Below, piece by piece: positions 19,724 through 30,271 of a stretch of 64,000 nt of DNA. Each line of letters opens with the position of its first letter. Within the stretch, counting starts at the first letter, position 1. A program made the translations under genes and the position numbers. Below the pieces are notes generated by a model that made no database searches, was not told where the DNA came from, and was given only the letters and a program-made list of their open reading frames with translations. This stretch comes from Bacteroidia bacterium (lineage in GTDB: Bacteria; Bacteroidota; Bacteroidia; NS11-12g; UBA9320): the NCBI GenBank assembly GCA_965216465.1, contig CBDCFW010000006.1:1235334-1299333 (forward strand), in the 5' to 3' direction.

Positions 19724-20404
19724 TCACTTCCATTTAATTTTTTCGAATTTTGACCCGGCCCATAAATAAAATCCGGGTTCTGGCATTTCACACGTTCTGC
19801 CTTCTTCATCATTACCCTCTAATTCATCCTTGAAATTTGAAATTTGAATTCCATCTGTGGTGATTTTGAAGTCAATACTGCAGGTTCGCGTGTATCCCGC
19901 TGATTCATCTTCGTAGGCATACCACAAGAAATAAGACTTCGAATGGAAATTAGCCTCACAACGATTAGAGTCCGTGTTCAAAACATGTATTTCGGTCTCA
20001 CTTGAACTAAATCCACAATTGCACGAATTCAAATGATTGCTAAGCTCGGCAGAACTTTCGATTACGACCATTGGATTTTTCAATGAATCGAAAGGTGCTA
20101 AATACACCGAATCGATTTGAATGTGATAGTCAGTATACACCTTCCATCTTCCATTTTTTTGAATGCATGAAAGTCCAGGACTTGATTTTAATCCATCCCC
20201 ATATATCCAAGAATCTGGGAAATAGAAATAGTTGAAAATGATGCTATCTAATTGTGCTTCAAACTTCAGTGCATAGCCAATATTATAGAGTGTATCTAAC
20301 GATTCGAATTCTCCCCAATACTTTAAGTCATATTGATGCAAATTGTTTTGAGCCTGAGATGTGCTCAATACAATCAATAATGCAAAAAATAGAATTAGAC
20401 GCAA
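19724..20404 (-). CDS. Hypothetical secreted protein
   Basis: Signal peptide ending SQA/Q; TTG start. Confidence 0.6.
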   Translation of the reverse strand: MRLILFFALLIVLSTSQAQNNLHQYDLKYWGEFESLDTLYNIGYALKFEAQLDSIIFNYFYFPDSWIYGDGLKSSPGLSCIQKNGRWKVYTDYHIQIDSVYLAPFDSLKNPMVVIESSAELSNHLNSCNCGFSSSETEIHVLNTDSNRCEANFHSKSYFLWYAYEDESAGYTRTCSIDFKITTDGIQISNFKDELEGNDEEGRTCEMPEPGFYLWAGSKFEKIKWK

Positions 20405-20482
20405 GGTTTTGAATGTTTAAGGTCTTCACACAAATATAAGCACTACTTTATTGGCTTCTGCATTGCTAAATTTGACGAATCT

Positions 20483-21466
20483 ATGTATTTGAAAAAATTG
20501 CTTTTGCCCATCTTGCTTTTAACCATAACATTTGGATGCAATCAAGCACCAGAAGAAGTTGAACAGGCTGAGATTCCTTTTGCCATTGTTATTCACGGTG
20601 GGGCTGGGTACATCACCCCGGAACAAATTGATTCGAGTTTAGAGCAGCAATACCGCGATACGCTTAATCTAGCATTAAAATCTGGGTATGCCGTACTTGA
20701 GAATGGAGGCACGGCCGTTGATGCAATTCAGGCCGCCATTACCTTTCTCGAAGATTGTTCGTTGTTCAATGCGGGCAAAGGGTCGGTGTATAATAGTCAA
20801 GCTCAACAAGAAATGGATGCATCAATCATGGATGGGAGTACTTTGAATAGTGGAGCAGTTGCCGGTGTTCGCAGTATAAAGAATCCAATTCTGGCAGCAC
20901 GGTTGGTGATGGATAGTTCTAAGCACGTGATGATGGCTGGGAGAGGTGCTGAGAAGCTCGCTGATCAGTATGGATTGACCTTGGTAGACAGTGCATATTT
21001 TTACAACAAAGCGGGCTATGATCAAATTCAAGAGCGTATAAAACGCGATAAACATGGAACGGTTGGAGCTGTGGCCATCGATAAAAATGGGAATATCGCA
21101 GCGGCCACTTCCACTGGAGGAATGTTTAATAAAAAATGGAACCGTATTGGAGATTCACCAATAATTGGAGCTGGAACGTATGCCAACAATGAGTCGTGTG
21201 GCATTTCTTGCACAGGAACCGGGGAATTCTACATCAGAACTGTAGCTGCACATGAGGTTTCGAGTCTATATCAATATCAAAACATGACACTTGCAGAAGC
21301 AATAAAAGAAGTGACATTTAATCAAATAGAGCCACTTGGAGGCGAAGGTGGGATGATTGGAATCGATAAGCTAGGGAACATCGCTTGGGACTTCAATACC
21401 CCTGGAATGTTCAGAGGATTTATCAGCTCGAATGGAAGTTCTGACATACAACTGTTTGGTCAATAA
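20483..21466 (+). CDS. iaaA: Isoaspartyl peptidase/L-asparaginase (Ntn hydrolase), lipoprotein
   Basis: IHGGAG, HGTVGAVA, STGG, RIGDSP, TGTGE; TAAATTTG promoter at 20467. Confidence 0.93.
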   Translation: MYLKKLLLPILLLTITFGCNQAPEEVEQAEIPFAIVIHGGAGYITPEQIDSSLEQQYRDTLNLALKSGYAVLENGGTAVDAIQAAITFLEDCSLFNAGKGSVYNSQAQQEMDASIMDGSTLNSGAVAGVRSIKNPILAARLVMDSSKHVMMAGRGAEKLADQYGLTLVDSAYFYNKAGYDQIQERIKRDKHGTVGAVAIDKNGNIAAATSTGGMFNKKWNRIGDSPIIGAGTYANNESCGISCTGTGEFYIRTVAAHEVSSLYQYQNMTLAEAIKEVTFNQIEPLGGEGGMIGIDKLGNIAWDFNTPGMFRGFISSNGSSDIQLFGQ

Positions 21467-21538
21467 AGCCGATTGAAGCTCAATTTTAGCACGAGTTAAC
21501 AGGCAATTTTGTAACTTACAAACCCTAATTAGCCTGTT

Positions 21539-22164
21539 ATGAAACAAATAGTAACCTCATTGCTTCTCGTCGCTTTGTGCTTTGGTGCTTATTGTCAGGT
21601 CCTTCCACCTGCATACACAGATTCAGAAGCTTCATCAATCTCAATTTCTGTTAACCCAGCTGGAATATTATTTTTTGGACCCTCGGTCGACCTGGGTTAC
21701 GGAATCAATTCTTCCACTGATGTAAACCTTCAAGTGCGGTATTTACCACTTGGTATGGTTTTGCAGAGTCGAAAAACCTATGAGGGAGAAGAAATGGCAG
21801 ATTTTAAGGGCTTGAGTTACGGCGGAGGAGTTACTCGATTTTTGCAAGATCCTTCTAGCTTAAGACCCTATGTCGGAGGGAGATTAGAATTTGGAACGAT
21901 GATGATTATATACGAAGAAAGAGAGGCCTGGCAGTGGTATGAAAAGAATAGCAATTTTATCTTAGCCTTAAACGGTGGGGTCAGAAAAACATTTGAATCG
22001 GGTGTATATGTGAACATCGGGGCTTTTTCGGAGGAGCCTACACCAATTACTCCTGGGATTACGAAGATGTTGCCTATGGAGTTAACGACCTCGACGAAAG
22101 AGAAGGCACAACCCTATTGCCTGTAGGAACTTTGGAAGTTGCGATTGGGGTTTCCATTAAGTAG
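21539..22164 (+). CDS. Small outer-membrane beta-barrel protein; one frameshift in the T5 run at 22024-22028
   Basis: Adding one T gives ...GAFFGGAYTNYSW...LEVAIGVSIK, stop 22162-22164. Confidence 0.6.
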
Positions 22165-22186
22165 GTATACATGTGGCAGAAAAAGT

Positions 22187-22961
22187 CTATTGCATTAACA
22201 CCTTAAATACTCCCGGAAACCAGCGGTTTAAAATTACTGATATCCGCATTTGCCAGGGAAAAATAAACTCCTTGTTCTTCACAAAAAGGTTTCTGCAAAT
22301 AATTTGAGCTGCTTCAGTTTCGGAGAGGGTAGGGATGAGCTGGTCTACAATCTTTGGTATACGTTCTTCACTTATTGGGTTGTTGGTGAAGTAAGGTGTT
22401 TTAACCTTGCCAAAGGCCAACATGTTAACGCCGAAATTGGTCGTTCGTAGGTCAGCCTGAAGTGACCGCGAAAGTCCTAACAATGCCCACCGAGCCGAAG
22501 TGTAGCCCGTTGCCCCCGGAAATGAAAAATAACACGCAGCAGAATTTATAATAATGAATTGCCCTCTTCCTCTTTTTAGCATGCGGTCAAAAAAAGCTTT
22601 ACACGTGTGTGCTGCAGCAAGATAGGGTGAGTTAATGGTTTCATTAAAGTGCTCCATGGTGGTCTCATTTAAAGAGAGCCACTCACCGGCTCCAGCACTG
22701 TTAATTACAACATCTGGAATGCCAATATTAGAAACAATGTAATCGGCATCACGTTCAACTTCTTCCCAGTCTGCTAAGGTCGGTTGATATGAATAAGACC
22801 TTTTTGCCTGAGGGGTCAATAGAGGTAGCAGCTTCTTTTAACTTTTCTTCGTTTCGAGCTTGAAGAATAACTTTAGCTCCTTTTTCAAACAACAACTTCG
22901 CTGTTGCCTTGCCAATTCCACTTGAACCTCCGGTTACTAAAATCAGTTTGTCTTTAATCAT
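22187..22961 (-). CDS. Short-chain dehydrogenase/reductase; one frameshift near 22778
   Basis: TGGSSGIG in the upstream ORF; NSAG and YTSAR in the downstream ORF; joins as ISTDL/ADWEEV. Confidence 0.85.
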
Positions 22962-23119
22962 CGATTACAACCACTAAGGTAAAAAAACCTTGTATATTTT
23001 GATGATTAAAATGAATATCTTGCGAGATGTATGACTATGCGATAGTACAGAACACCTTTGTAAGGAAGCAATAGTGTTTGCATAGTTTAATCGCCTACTT
23101 TTGCAGTTGTTTTACCGTT

Positions 23120-24369
23120 GTGAAAGAATTCTATAAAGATCTTCTAATTAAGCAGCATATCGACTTCATGGAAGTTGATTTGTTGGCAGTTATCCTGCAT
23201 GCGCTAACACTTGTTGTTTTATGTGCGATTATTTATTGGGTGACGAAAAAAATTGTACTTGATCGGGTGCACAAGTTTGCTATCAAGACCGAAAGTAAAT
23301 GGGACGACAAGTTGATGGATGCGCGTTTCTTTAGACGAACGGTGTTGTTACTTCCCTTATTGATTGTTCGCTATTCTGTAGATGCCGTAATGGCCGATTA
23401 CGATACTAGTATTCCCTTGGTTACTAAGTTGTTTGAAGTGCTAATTGCCTTTGCTGTGATGCGGATTATTGTCTCCTTCATCAATGCATTGTTAAGTATT
23501 TTTTCGGAGTCTGAAACCTATAACGACAAGCCCATCCAGAGCTATGCTCAAATCTTAAAGATTGTCGTTTATGTTTTCTTTGGAATTGCTATATTTTCAG
23601 TGGTTACGGGCAAAACGCCCATGTTTTTCCTTACGGCAATGGGGAGCTATGTCGGCCATTGTATTGCTGATTTTTAGAGATACAATTCTTGGTTTTATTG
23701 GAAGCATCCAATTGGCTTCGAATGATATGGTGCACATTGGCGATTGGATTACCATGGAGAAGTACGGTGCTGATGGGAATGTGGAAGAGATTGCACTGAC
23801 AACAATCAAGGTTAGAAACTTCGATAAAACGATTACAACCATTCCAACCTATTCTCTAATATCCGATTCGTTTAAAAACTGGCGAGGAATGGAAGAATCA
23901 GGCGGGAGAAGAATAAAAAGATCGATTAACATCAAAACGGCTAGCGTACGATTTTGCGATGATGCCATGCTAAAACGCTTCGGTGAAATGCGTTTGCTAA
24001 AAGAGTATGTAGCAGAGAAAAAAGAGGAGTTAAAAGCGTTCAATGCTCAACTTGATGAAGGTGAACGGTTACAAATCAATGGCCGTCATTTGACCAATGT
24101 GGGTGTGTTTAGAAAGTACTTAGAAATGTATTTAAAAGAACACCCGATGATAAACCAAGATTTAACCTGCATGGTGCGTCAATTGCAACCTCAATCGGAA
24201 GGATTGCCTCTGGAGATTTATGCATTTAGTTCAGATAAACAATGGGTAAATTACGAAGGAATAATTGCCGATATATTCGATCATGTTTTGGCAATTGTAT
24301 CCCAGTTTGGACCTTGAGGTTTTCCAAAGTCCAACGGGTAGCGACTTAAAAGGGCTGGGCGGACGCTAA
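23120..24369 (+). CDS. MscS-family mechanosensitive channel (YbdG/MscM-like); frameshifts near 23641 and 24308
   Basis: IGDWITMEKYGADG, NWRGMEESGGRRIKR; TACTTTTG promoter at 23096 favours the GTG start at 23120. Confidence 0.88.
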
Positions 24370-24513
24370 TTAAGGTGTAGTAATTCAACTACATCGCCGT
24401 CTAAATATCTAGAAGAGAAATTCGTAAAGCTACATAAACACTAGGGGTTTATGATGTCTTTTTAGCTGGAATGGACTTTGTTATGATATTACAAAATCAC
24501 AAAGATCCATTTT

Positions 24514-25281
24514 ATGAAGTCACATTACATTTATTTACTTGCTGCATGTGCAGTGCTGTTTTCCTCGTGTTCAATTGTTCGTCCTGGAGAGGTGGGCGTG
24601 AAACAACGTTTAGGAAAACTTAACGAAAAAACCATTGATGAAGGCGTGGTAGTTTACAATCCATTTATCACAAAAGTGGTAAAAGCCTCAACACAAACCA
24701 ACAACTTGAAACTCCATTTAAATTTACCCAGTAAAGAAGGCTTGAGTGTTAAGTCTGAAATATCTATCCTATACCGCATTGAAGCCGATAGCATTCAAAG
24801 CATTTTAAAGAAATACGGTCAGAATTACGAAGCGATTATCGGGAGCATTTTCCGATCGGCGTCGTCTGATGTGTGTGCGAAATATTATGCAAAAGACATG
24901 CACTCGGGCATGCGTGCTAATATAGAGCAAAGCATTAAAGAGAAGATGGGAGAGTTGCTAGCAGAAAGCGGCATTATTATCGAGTCGGTATTGATGAAAA
25001 GTATCCAACTTCCATCTGGTTTGGCCAGTTCTATTGAAGCGAAATTGCAAGCAGAACAAGACGCGATGCGAATGAAGTTTATTTTAGAGCAAGAGAAACT
25101 CGAAGCTGAAAGAAAGATTATTGAAGCAAAGGGAGTTCGAGATGCTCAAAAAATTGTAGCAGAAGGACTTACGGAAGAAGTTTTGAAATTAAAAAGCATT
25201 GAAGCATTTCAAAATTTGAGCAATTCACCGAACACGAAAGTCATTATCTCTGATGGCAATGCATCAGTTTTGGTAGATTAA
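24514..25281 (+). CDS. SPFH/prohibitin family protein
   Basis: VRPGEVGV, SKEGL, IEAKLQAEQ. Confidence 0.9.
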   Translation: MKSHYIYLLAACAVLFSSCSIVRPGEVGVKQRLGKLNEKTIDEGVVVYNPFITKVVKASTQTNNLKLHLNLPSKEGLSVKSEISILYRIEADSIQSILKKYGQNYEAIIGSIFRSASSDVCAKYYAKDMHSGMRANIEQSIKEKMGELLAESGIIIESVLMKSIQLPSGLASSIEAKLQAEQDAMRMKFILEQEKLEAERKIIEAKGVRDAQKIVAEGLTEEVLKLKSIEAFQNLSNSPNTKVIISDGNASVLVD

Positions 25282-25326
25282 CGGAAGTTTTTATTTCTTT
25301 TAATTAAAGCATTAAAAAGTTGATAG

Positions 25327-25352
25327 AGCACCAGTTTGAAGCTGGTGCTTTA
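25327..25352 (+). terminator. Rho-independent terminator
   Basis: AGCACCAG-N7-CTGGTGCT followed by a T-rich tract. Confidence 0.65.
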
Positions 25353-25395
25353 TTATTTGGCATTTACTCTGTTAAAACCTCCTTTTTTGTTGCCC

Positions 25396-25425
25396 CTTCA
25401 GGGTCTCCTGTAAGGGACCCTGAAG
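25396..25425. repeat. REP-like palindrome, copy 1
   Basis: CTTCAGGGTC-TCCTGTAAGG-GACCCTGAAG; 29/30 identical to the core of 54769-54816. Confidence 0.75.
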
Positions 25426-25545
25426 TAACCTTAAACAATTATCTCTCTTTTGTCCATTTACTATTGGTCTGAAGTAGGTGCTAACTAGTTTTCAATACTT
25501 TTTAAAAAAAACTGCAAGAGAAAAAAGAAAAACATTTATTGCCTT

Positions 25546-27932
25546 CTAAAATGAAAATTTAGCAAGCAACCTGCTGCCATAAACAAATTTATCATCTACG
25601 CCATAAAGCTTGACAATTTTGCCGGCTTCTGCATTTAGGGCAAATTCAAGTTTTGAGCTTGCTGCGATTCGAAGTTGTAAGATACCTCTGCTTCTATAGG
25701 CTCCAATATCGTATTGGTCAATAAATCCATTGAACGATACATTAATTTTTTTACCGCTGGTTTGGTTAATTCCAATTCGATATCCCCAAAAATTTAGGGT
25801 GTCAACAATTGGACCTGTTATGTTTCGGCTGGTCATCGCAGTTATATTCATTTTTTCATTGATAAAGGTGGTACTCCAAAGTAATAGCTTATTATCTACC
25901 TGCATTTGGCCCTGATTGTAATCTACTGTTGAGTTTACAAAAGAAAATATTGAAGAAATTGAATGATTCTTATACTGTTTCATGAAAATAAGACTTGCTG
26001 TGGTGACGGCAAGTTGATTGTCTGTGCGAAATAGCGTGTCGGGATTATTGTTGCCTTGTTGATAAGGAGAGTGCTGAATCTGAAAGTTTAATGCCTTGCG
26101 GAAACTAGATTTTACGCTTATGCCGTAGCCTGACATCTTATTTGTGGTATTGGATAAACCAGTGATATTATCTCTAAAGTCTTTATAAAAAGCTGAAGCT
26201 GTAATTCTTCTATCAAAGACTTTTGTTTTTAGTTTTACATCCAACTCATTGTAGTTGCTCCTTAAAAAAGGATTGCCCCAGTGAGATGTATTTCGGGTTG
26301 ACGCGTTGCAGTTGGGCATCTATTGAAGTATTTTTTAGGAGTTCATATTTTGAACTCACCTCAAACGCAAATGGATCTAAGAAGTTCTGAAATGCGGACA
26401 AGTCTGGAATTTCAGTTTCTCCCACAGATATTGATTCAGGGTTAAGATTAACTTCCTGCAAAAGTGCATGATGTATAGCAAGATTAAGTTTGAGTTTTTT
26501 CCCGATGGCAGAACTTGCCTCTAAAGAGTGTAAGATGTTTTGCTTTTGCTCTTCAACACTTCCGTCATCAAATAAACTAACACTGGTTAATGCTATTGAT
26601 CCTGATTTAAGCTGATAAGCCGATCGTATTCCAATTACATTTCTGTTAAACTGGGGTGAAGGTTGACTTAACCCAAATGTATTGTATTCTGTTTGGAACG
26701 TTTTTTCCTCCGGTAATGTGCAACTCTGTAGACTTAATTTCATACTTAAGGTCTAGGCCTTTTACGGGAATTCCATTTAATGTATACTCAGAAAAATAAG
26801 GATTTGTGGTTCCTACTTTAAAGTGCTGAATTTTGCTTACAATGCTAGCAGCTCTTTTCAGTTTTGGATGTTGTTGGGCTTGACTAAGCCAAAAATCAGA
26901 AGAATTGATATCAGACTTGAGCATATTCAAACTATCACTCAATCTTTCATAAGATTCTTTGGCTTCGCTATACTTAGCTTGAAGCTCAGTTTTCTTGGAT
27001 TCTAATTGTGCAATTCGCTCACGCACTTGGTTAATAGAATCTTGATATTGCTGATACTTTTGATAGTTTTTCTGATACACAGAGTCATATTTTGCACCAC
27101 GATCTGAAGCAATACTTTGGGTGCTGTCTTTGATGCTGTTTAGTGAATCAGAAACGAATTGTTTGGCAGCGTCTTGATATTTTTCTGTATCCAAATCAAA
27201 GTCAAAATCAGGTTTGTTGAGCTCAAGCATGCCTAACTCGTGTTTTTTACGTTGAATTTGCCGTTCTACGATTTGTTGTTGCTTGCTTATATCGAGCTTA
27301 TTAGACAAAGAATTTCGTTGTTCTTTAATTCTAGCATCAAGTTTTTCCTTGGCTTTTTGCCGCATTTGTTTCTTGAATTGTTCTATATCAAATTCTACGG
27401 TAAAAAAATTTGAATTATAGAAGGAATTATCTTCTGTTGTATAGTAGAAGTTTGTTTTTAATGGTAATCCGTATATTGAAATTGAAGGACTCCCATAAAG
27501 TCTAGAATAGAAAAGTTCACTTTTTGAAAATGGATCTAAATAATTGGTGTAATACGATTCTGAAACAACTGCACCTGATAAGTCAATATGGCTTAATGGA
27601 TTCTTGAGTTTTGAACGATGTTGATTTAAATGGCTTTTGACTAAACTGTCAGAATTAACATCTTTAAACTTAGACTTTAGATCAACATTAGTTGTAGCAT
27701 TTTTTTTGATGGAGTCTAGTGAAATATTAATGTCTTTTCGTGACATTTTTGGAATCTTTTCTTGAAGAGATTCTTTTTTATGTTGCAGGCTATCTGTTAT
27801 TTCCCTTTTGAAATCATCTGTGTTTGGTATCGAATCAGAGAGAACTTGGGCGGAAGTAAATTGCTGATAGCCAAACAATAGCATCCATAATATAAAGAAT
27901 AACCGAGGTGGTATGTGGTGTTGAGTTTTCAA
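25546..27932 (-). CDS. Putative outer-membrane beta-barrel with periplasmic coiled coil (~795 aa); frameshifts near 26701 and 26277
   Basis: Three overlapping ORFs join on removing single bases (GGK/TFQT; SLG/NPFL); signal peptide; terminal Phe. Confidence 0.7.
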
Positions 27933-28115
27933 TTCAAGTATCCAAAAGTAAATTATTTTTTGTTAAACCCTTGCAATAAATAAGTTAGCACTCCGATAAT
28001 AAAATTATTTAAAATTAATTTGGCTATACGAAATTTTCATCCCAATTTTACACCTGAAAAACTTTAAATATTCTTTTGACGTTTCTGAATATTTGAACTC
28101 TAACTTTACGAAAAC

Positions 28116-29243
28116 ATGAGACAAAAGCTACTGATCCTTTTACTGGGGATTGCTACGTATGGAAATTCGCAAACTTTGATCCAACCGATACCGGTCGGAG
28201 GCTTTCAAGTGATGTGCGAAAATCTAGTAAACTTTAATGTAATCCATTCCAATTCTGAGTCGGTTAATGTGAAATATTAAATATCTGTTCAGCAGGTAGG
28301 AGCAGGAACTGTTGTTCAAATGACTTCAGGCATTCATGTGCTGAAAAGCGGCATTAACAACTACAACATTTCAAACATTAACATTGTAGAAAAGCATTAT
28401 GCCAAATCTGATTTTGCACAATATGAAGCAAAAATGCGTTCATTCCCGATTGGTAGCTATGAGTATTGTATTGATATCATTTGTGTAGACGAGTTATCAA
28501 AGTGTGAAGAGGTGTTAGAGAGTGAAATTACGCGTAAGCAATGCCACGATTTCACCATTCTTCCGATGACGCCATTGCTACTTTCTTCACCTGATGATGA
28601 AGAAGTAATCGAGACTGTTCGACCAAACTTTACTTGGATCCCACCTATGCCTTTAGGCAATGACCCAGACATTAGCTACGATTACACTTTAGTGAAATTG
28701 AATGAGGATCAGCGCGGTGAAGACGGGATAAGAAGAAATCGTCCTCTTTACGAACGCCAAGGTATTCAAGCCATAAATTTAGTTTTCCCTTCTACGTTAG
28801 AAGATTTAGAGCGTGGTGAACGTTACGCTTGGCAAGTTAAAGCAAGATTGGGTGATGTTGTTGCTGGAATATCAGAAGTATGGGAATTTGAAGTGGAGGA
28901 AGAGAATGAACCACAGAAGTATGTACTTTTAAGCAAAACACCTAACGCTGCAATTTTTGACTATAAGGATGATGACGTAATCTATTTTATGCATAAATCG
29001 CCATATGCTGGCACCAATTATACGATTCGAATTAAAAGTACAGAAGGCGAGATTGTTGCAGATAACCTGTCTAAAGACTTGTTACTTCGTCAGAACAATG
29101 ACCACAATGAAACTAAACACACTGGATTAAATACTTACCAGCTTGAACTGAAGAGGTTTAATCTCAATCCGGGTATCTATACTTTGATTTTAGAAGACAT
29201 TAAGTCAAATAAATTCACCATGAAATTTCAAATTATTGAATGA
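28116..29243 (+). CDS. Secreted Ig/FN3-like protein; in-frame TAA at 28278-28280
   Basis: ATG 28116 gives signal peptide MRQKLLILLLGIATYGNSQ in frame with the 28320 ORF; LSSP...PNFTW...YAWQV...SEVWEF. Confidence 0.7.
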
Positions 29244-29728
29244 AGAACAGTTTATTAGCCTTACTAACCATCCTTTTACTCAGTAGCTGCTCTAATAGCG
29301 AGATTAGAACAGTCGATATCAAACAACTGTTCGATGAGTTTAAGTATACCAAAGAGCTTCAACTTGAATATAAATTAAAGACCCAACAAGAAGAGGCTGC
29401 ATTGGATAGTATGTACAAGCAGTTAGCTGCTATCAAGCAACTAACTTTGAGTGATGGGAGCACTGAAGCTGCAGTTCAAGAAATGGAGATGCGGTTTAAT
29501 CAACGCTATACGCGATTTGAAGATTTTAAGGCTGAACTTACAGCTAAGTCTGATGAAAAGGTGCTGAACCAACTTAGTAACTATATACAACAATACGCGG
29601 AGAAGAAAGAGCTGGATATGATTGTAGCCAAAACTCAAGATGATGTAACCGTGCTTTACGCTGAAGAGTCAATGGATATAACCCAAGAAGTTTTAACTTT
29701 TATTAATGACCTCTACGATGCGAAGTAA
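29240..29728 (+). CDS. OmpH/Skp-family chaperone (lipoprotein-type signal)
   Basis: VDIKQLF, coiled coil, YAEKKELDMIV...VLYA...DITQEVL. Confidence 0.85.
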   Translation: MKNSLLALLTILLLSSCSNSEIRTVDIKQLFDEFKYTKELQLEYKLKTQQEEAALDSMYKQLAAIKQLTLSDGSTEAAVQEMEMRFNQRYTRFEDFKAELTAKSDEKVLNQLSNYIQQYAEKKELDMIVAKTQDDVTVLYAEESMDITQEVLTFINDLYDAK

Positions 29729-30269
29729 GTTGTTTATATACGTTATTTCCGTTCTAATGTGCTCTGCATGTTCAAAGTCCAGTAGTGAGCAACAGCAGGA
29801 CGTTGGCACAAGTTCGGTTCCTTTAAACTCGAAAAAAGAAAATCAACTAAAAGAGTTTCGGAATGCTAATTATGCACTAACGTATTTAACACCAGAGTAT
29901 CGTGCAAGTCAGCTTTATGAAACAGGCTCAAGTCAGTATAGAGCGGAATTAATAAACCAGCAAGAACAGAGTGTTTATCGGTTGAGAATTTCTAATAATT
30001 TAGGTAAACCTGTACTTGACTATGATCACCCTGATCTATATAATCGAGAAGATAGGCTCCAGTACTTTATGAACAGTTTTCCTTTAGGAATTACCATGCT
30101 GTCAGAAACAGATACTTTAAAACCAAGCTTTTACCATTTGGTTCAACCCAATCCAATGGTTCCATATATTGACCTAATGGTGGGTTTTGATCAAAAATAT
30201 AACCCAAACGATCTATTTCAATTTGAAGATGAATACTTTAACAATGGACGAATAAAACTAAGAACGTAA
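29718..30269 (+). CDS. Hypothetical lipoprotein of the Rhs operon
   Basis: MRSKLFIYVISVLMCSAC lipobox. Confidence 0.7.
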   Translation: MRSKLFIYVISVLMCSACSKSSSEQQQDVGTSSVPLNSKKENQLKEFRNANYALTYLTPEYRASQLYETGSSQYRAELINQQEQSVYRLRISNNLGKPVLDYDHPDLYNREDRLQYFMNSFPLGITMLSETDTLKPSFYHLVQPNPMVPYIDLMVGFDQKYNPNDLFQFEDEYFNNGRIKLRT

Positions 30270-30271
30270 CT

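Noticed and set aside
24374-24395. Hairpin after the MscS gene
   Set aside because: Weak stem with no U-tract; not enough to call a terminator
21539-27932. Pseudogenes or programmed frameshifting in the split ORFs
   Set aside because: Single-base indels in short runs with otherwise intact genes and no slippery-site pattern; sequencing error is more likely
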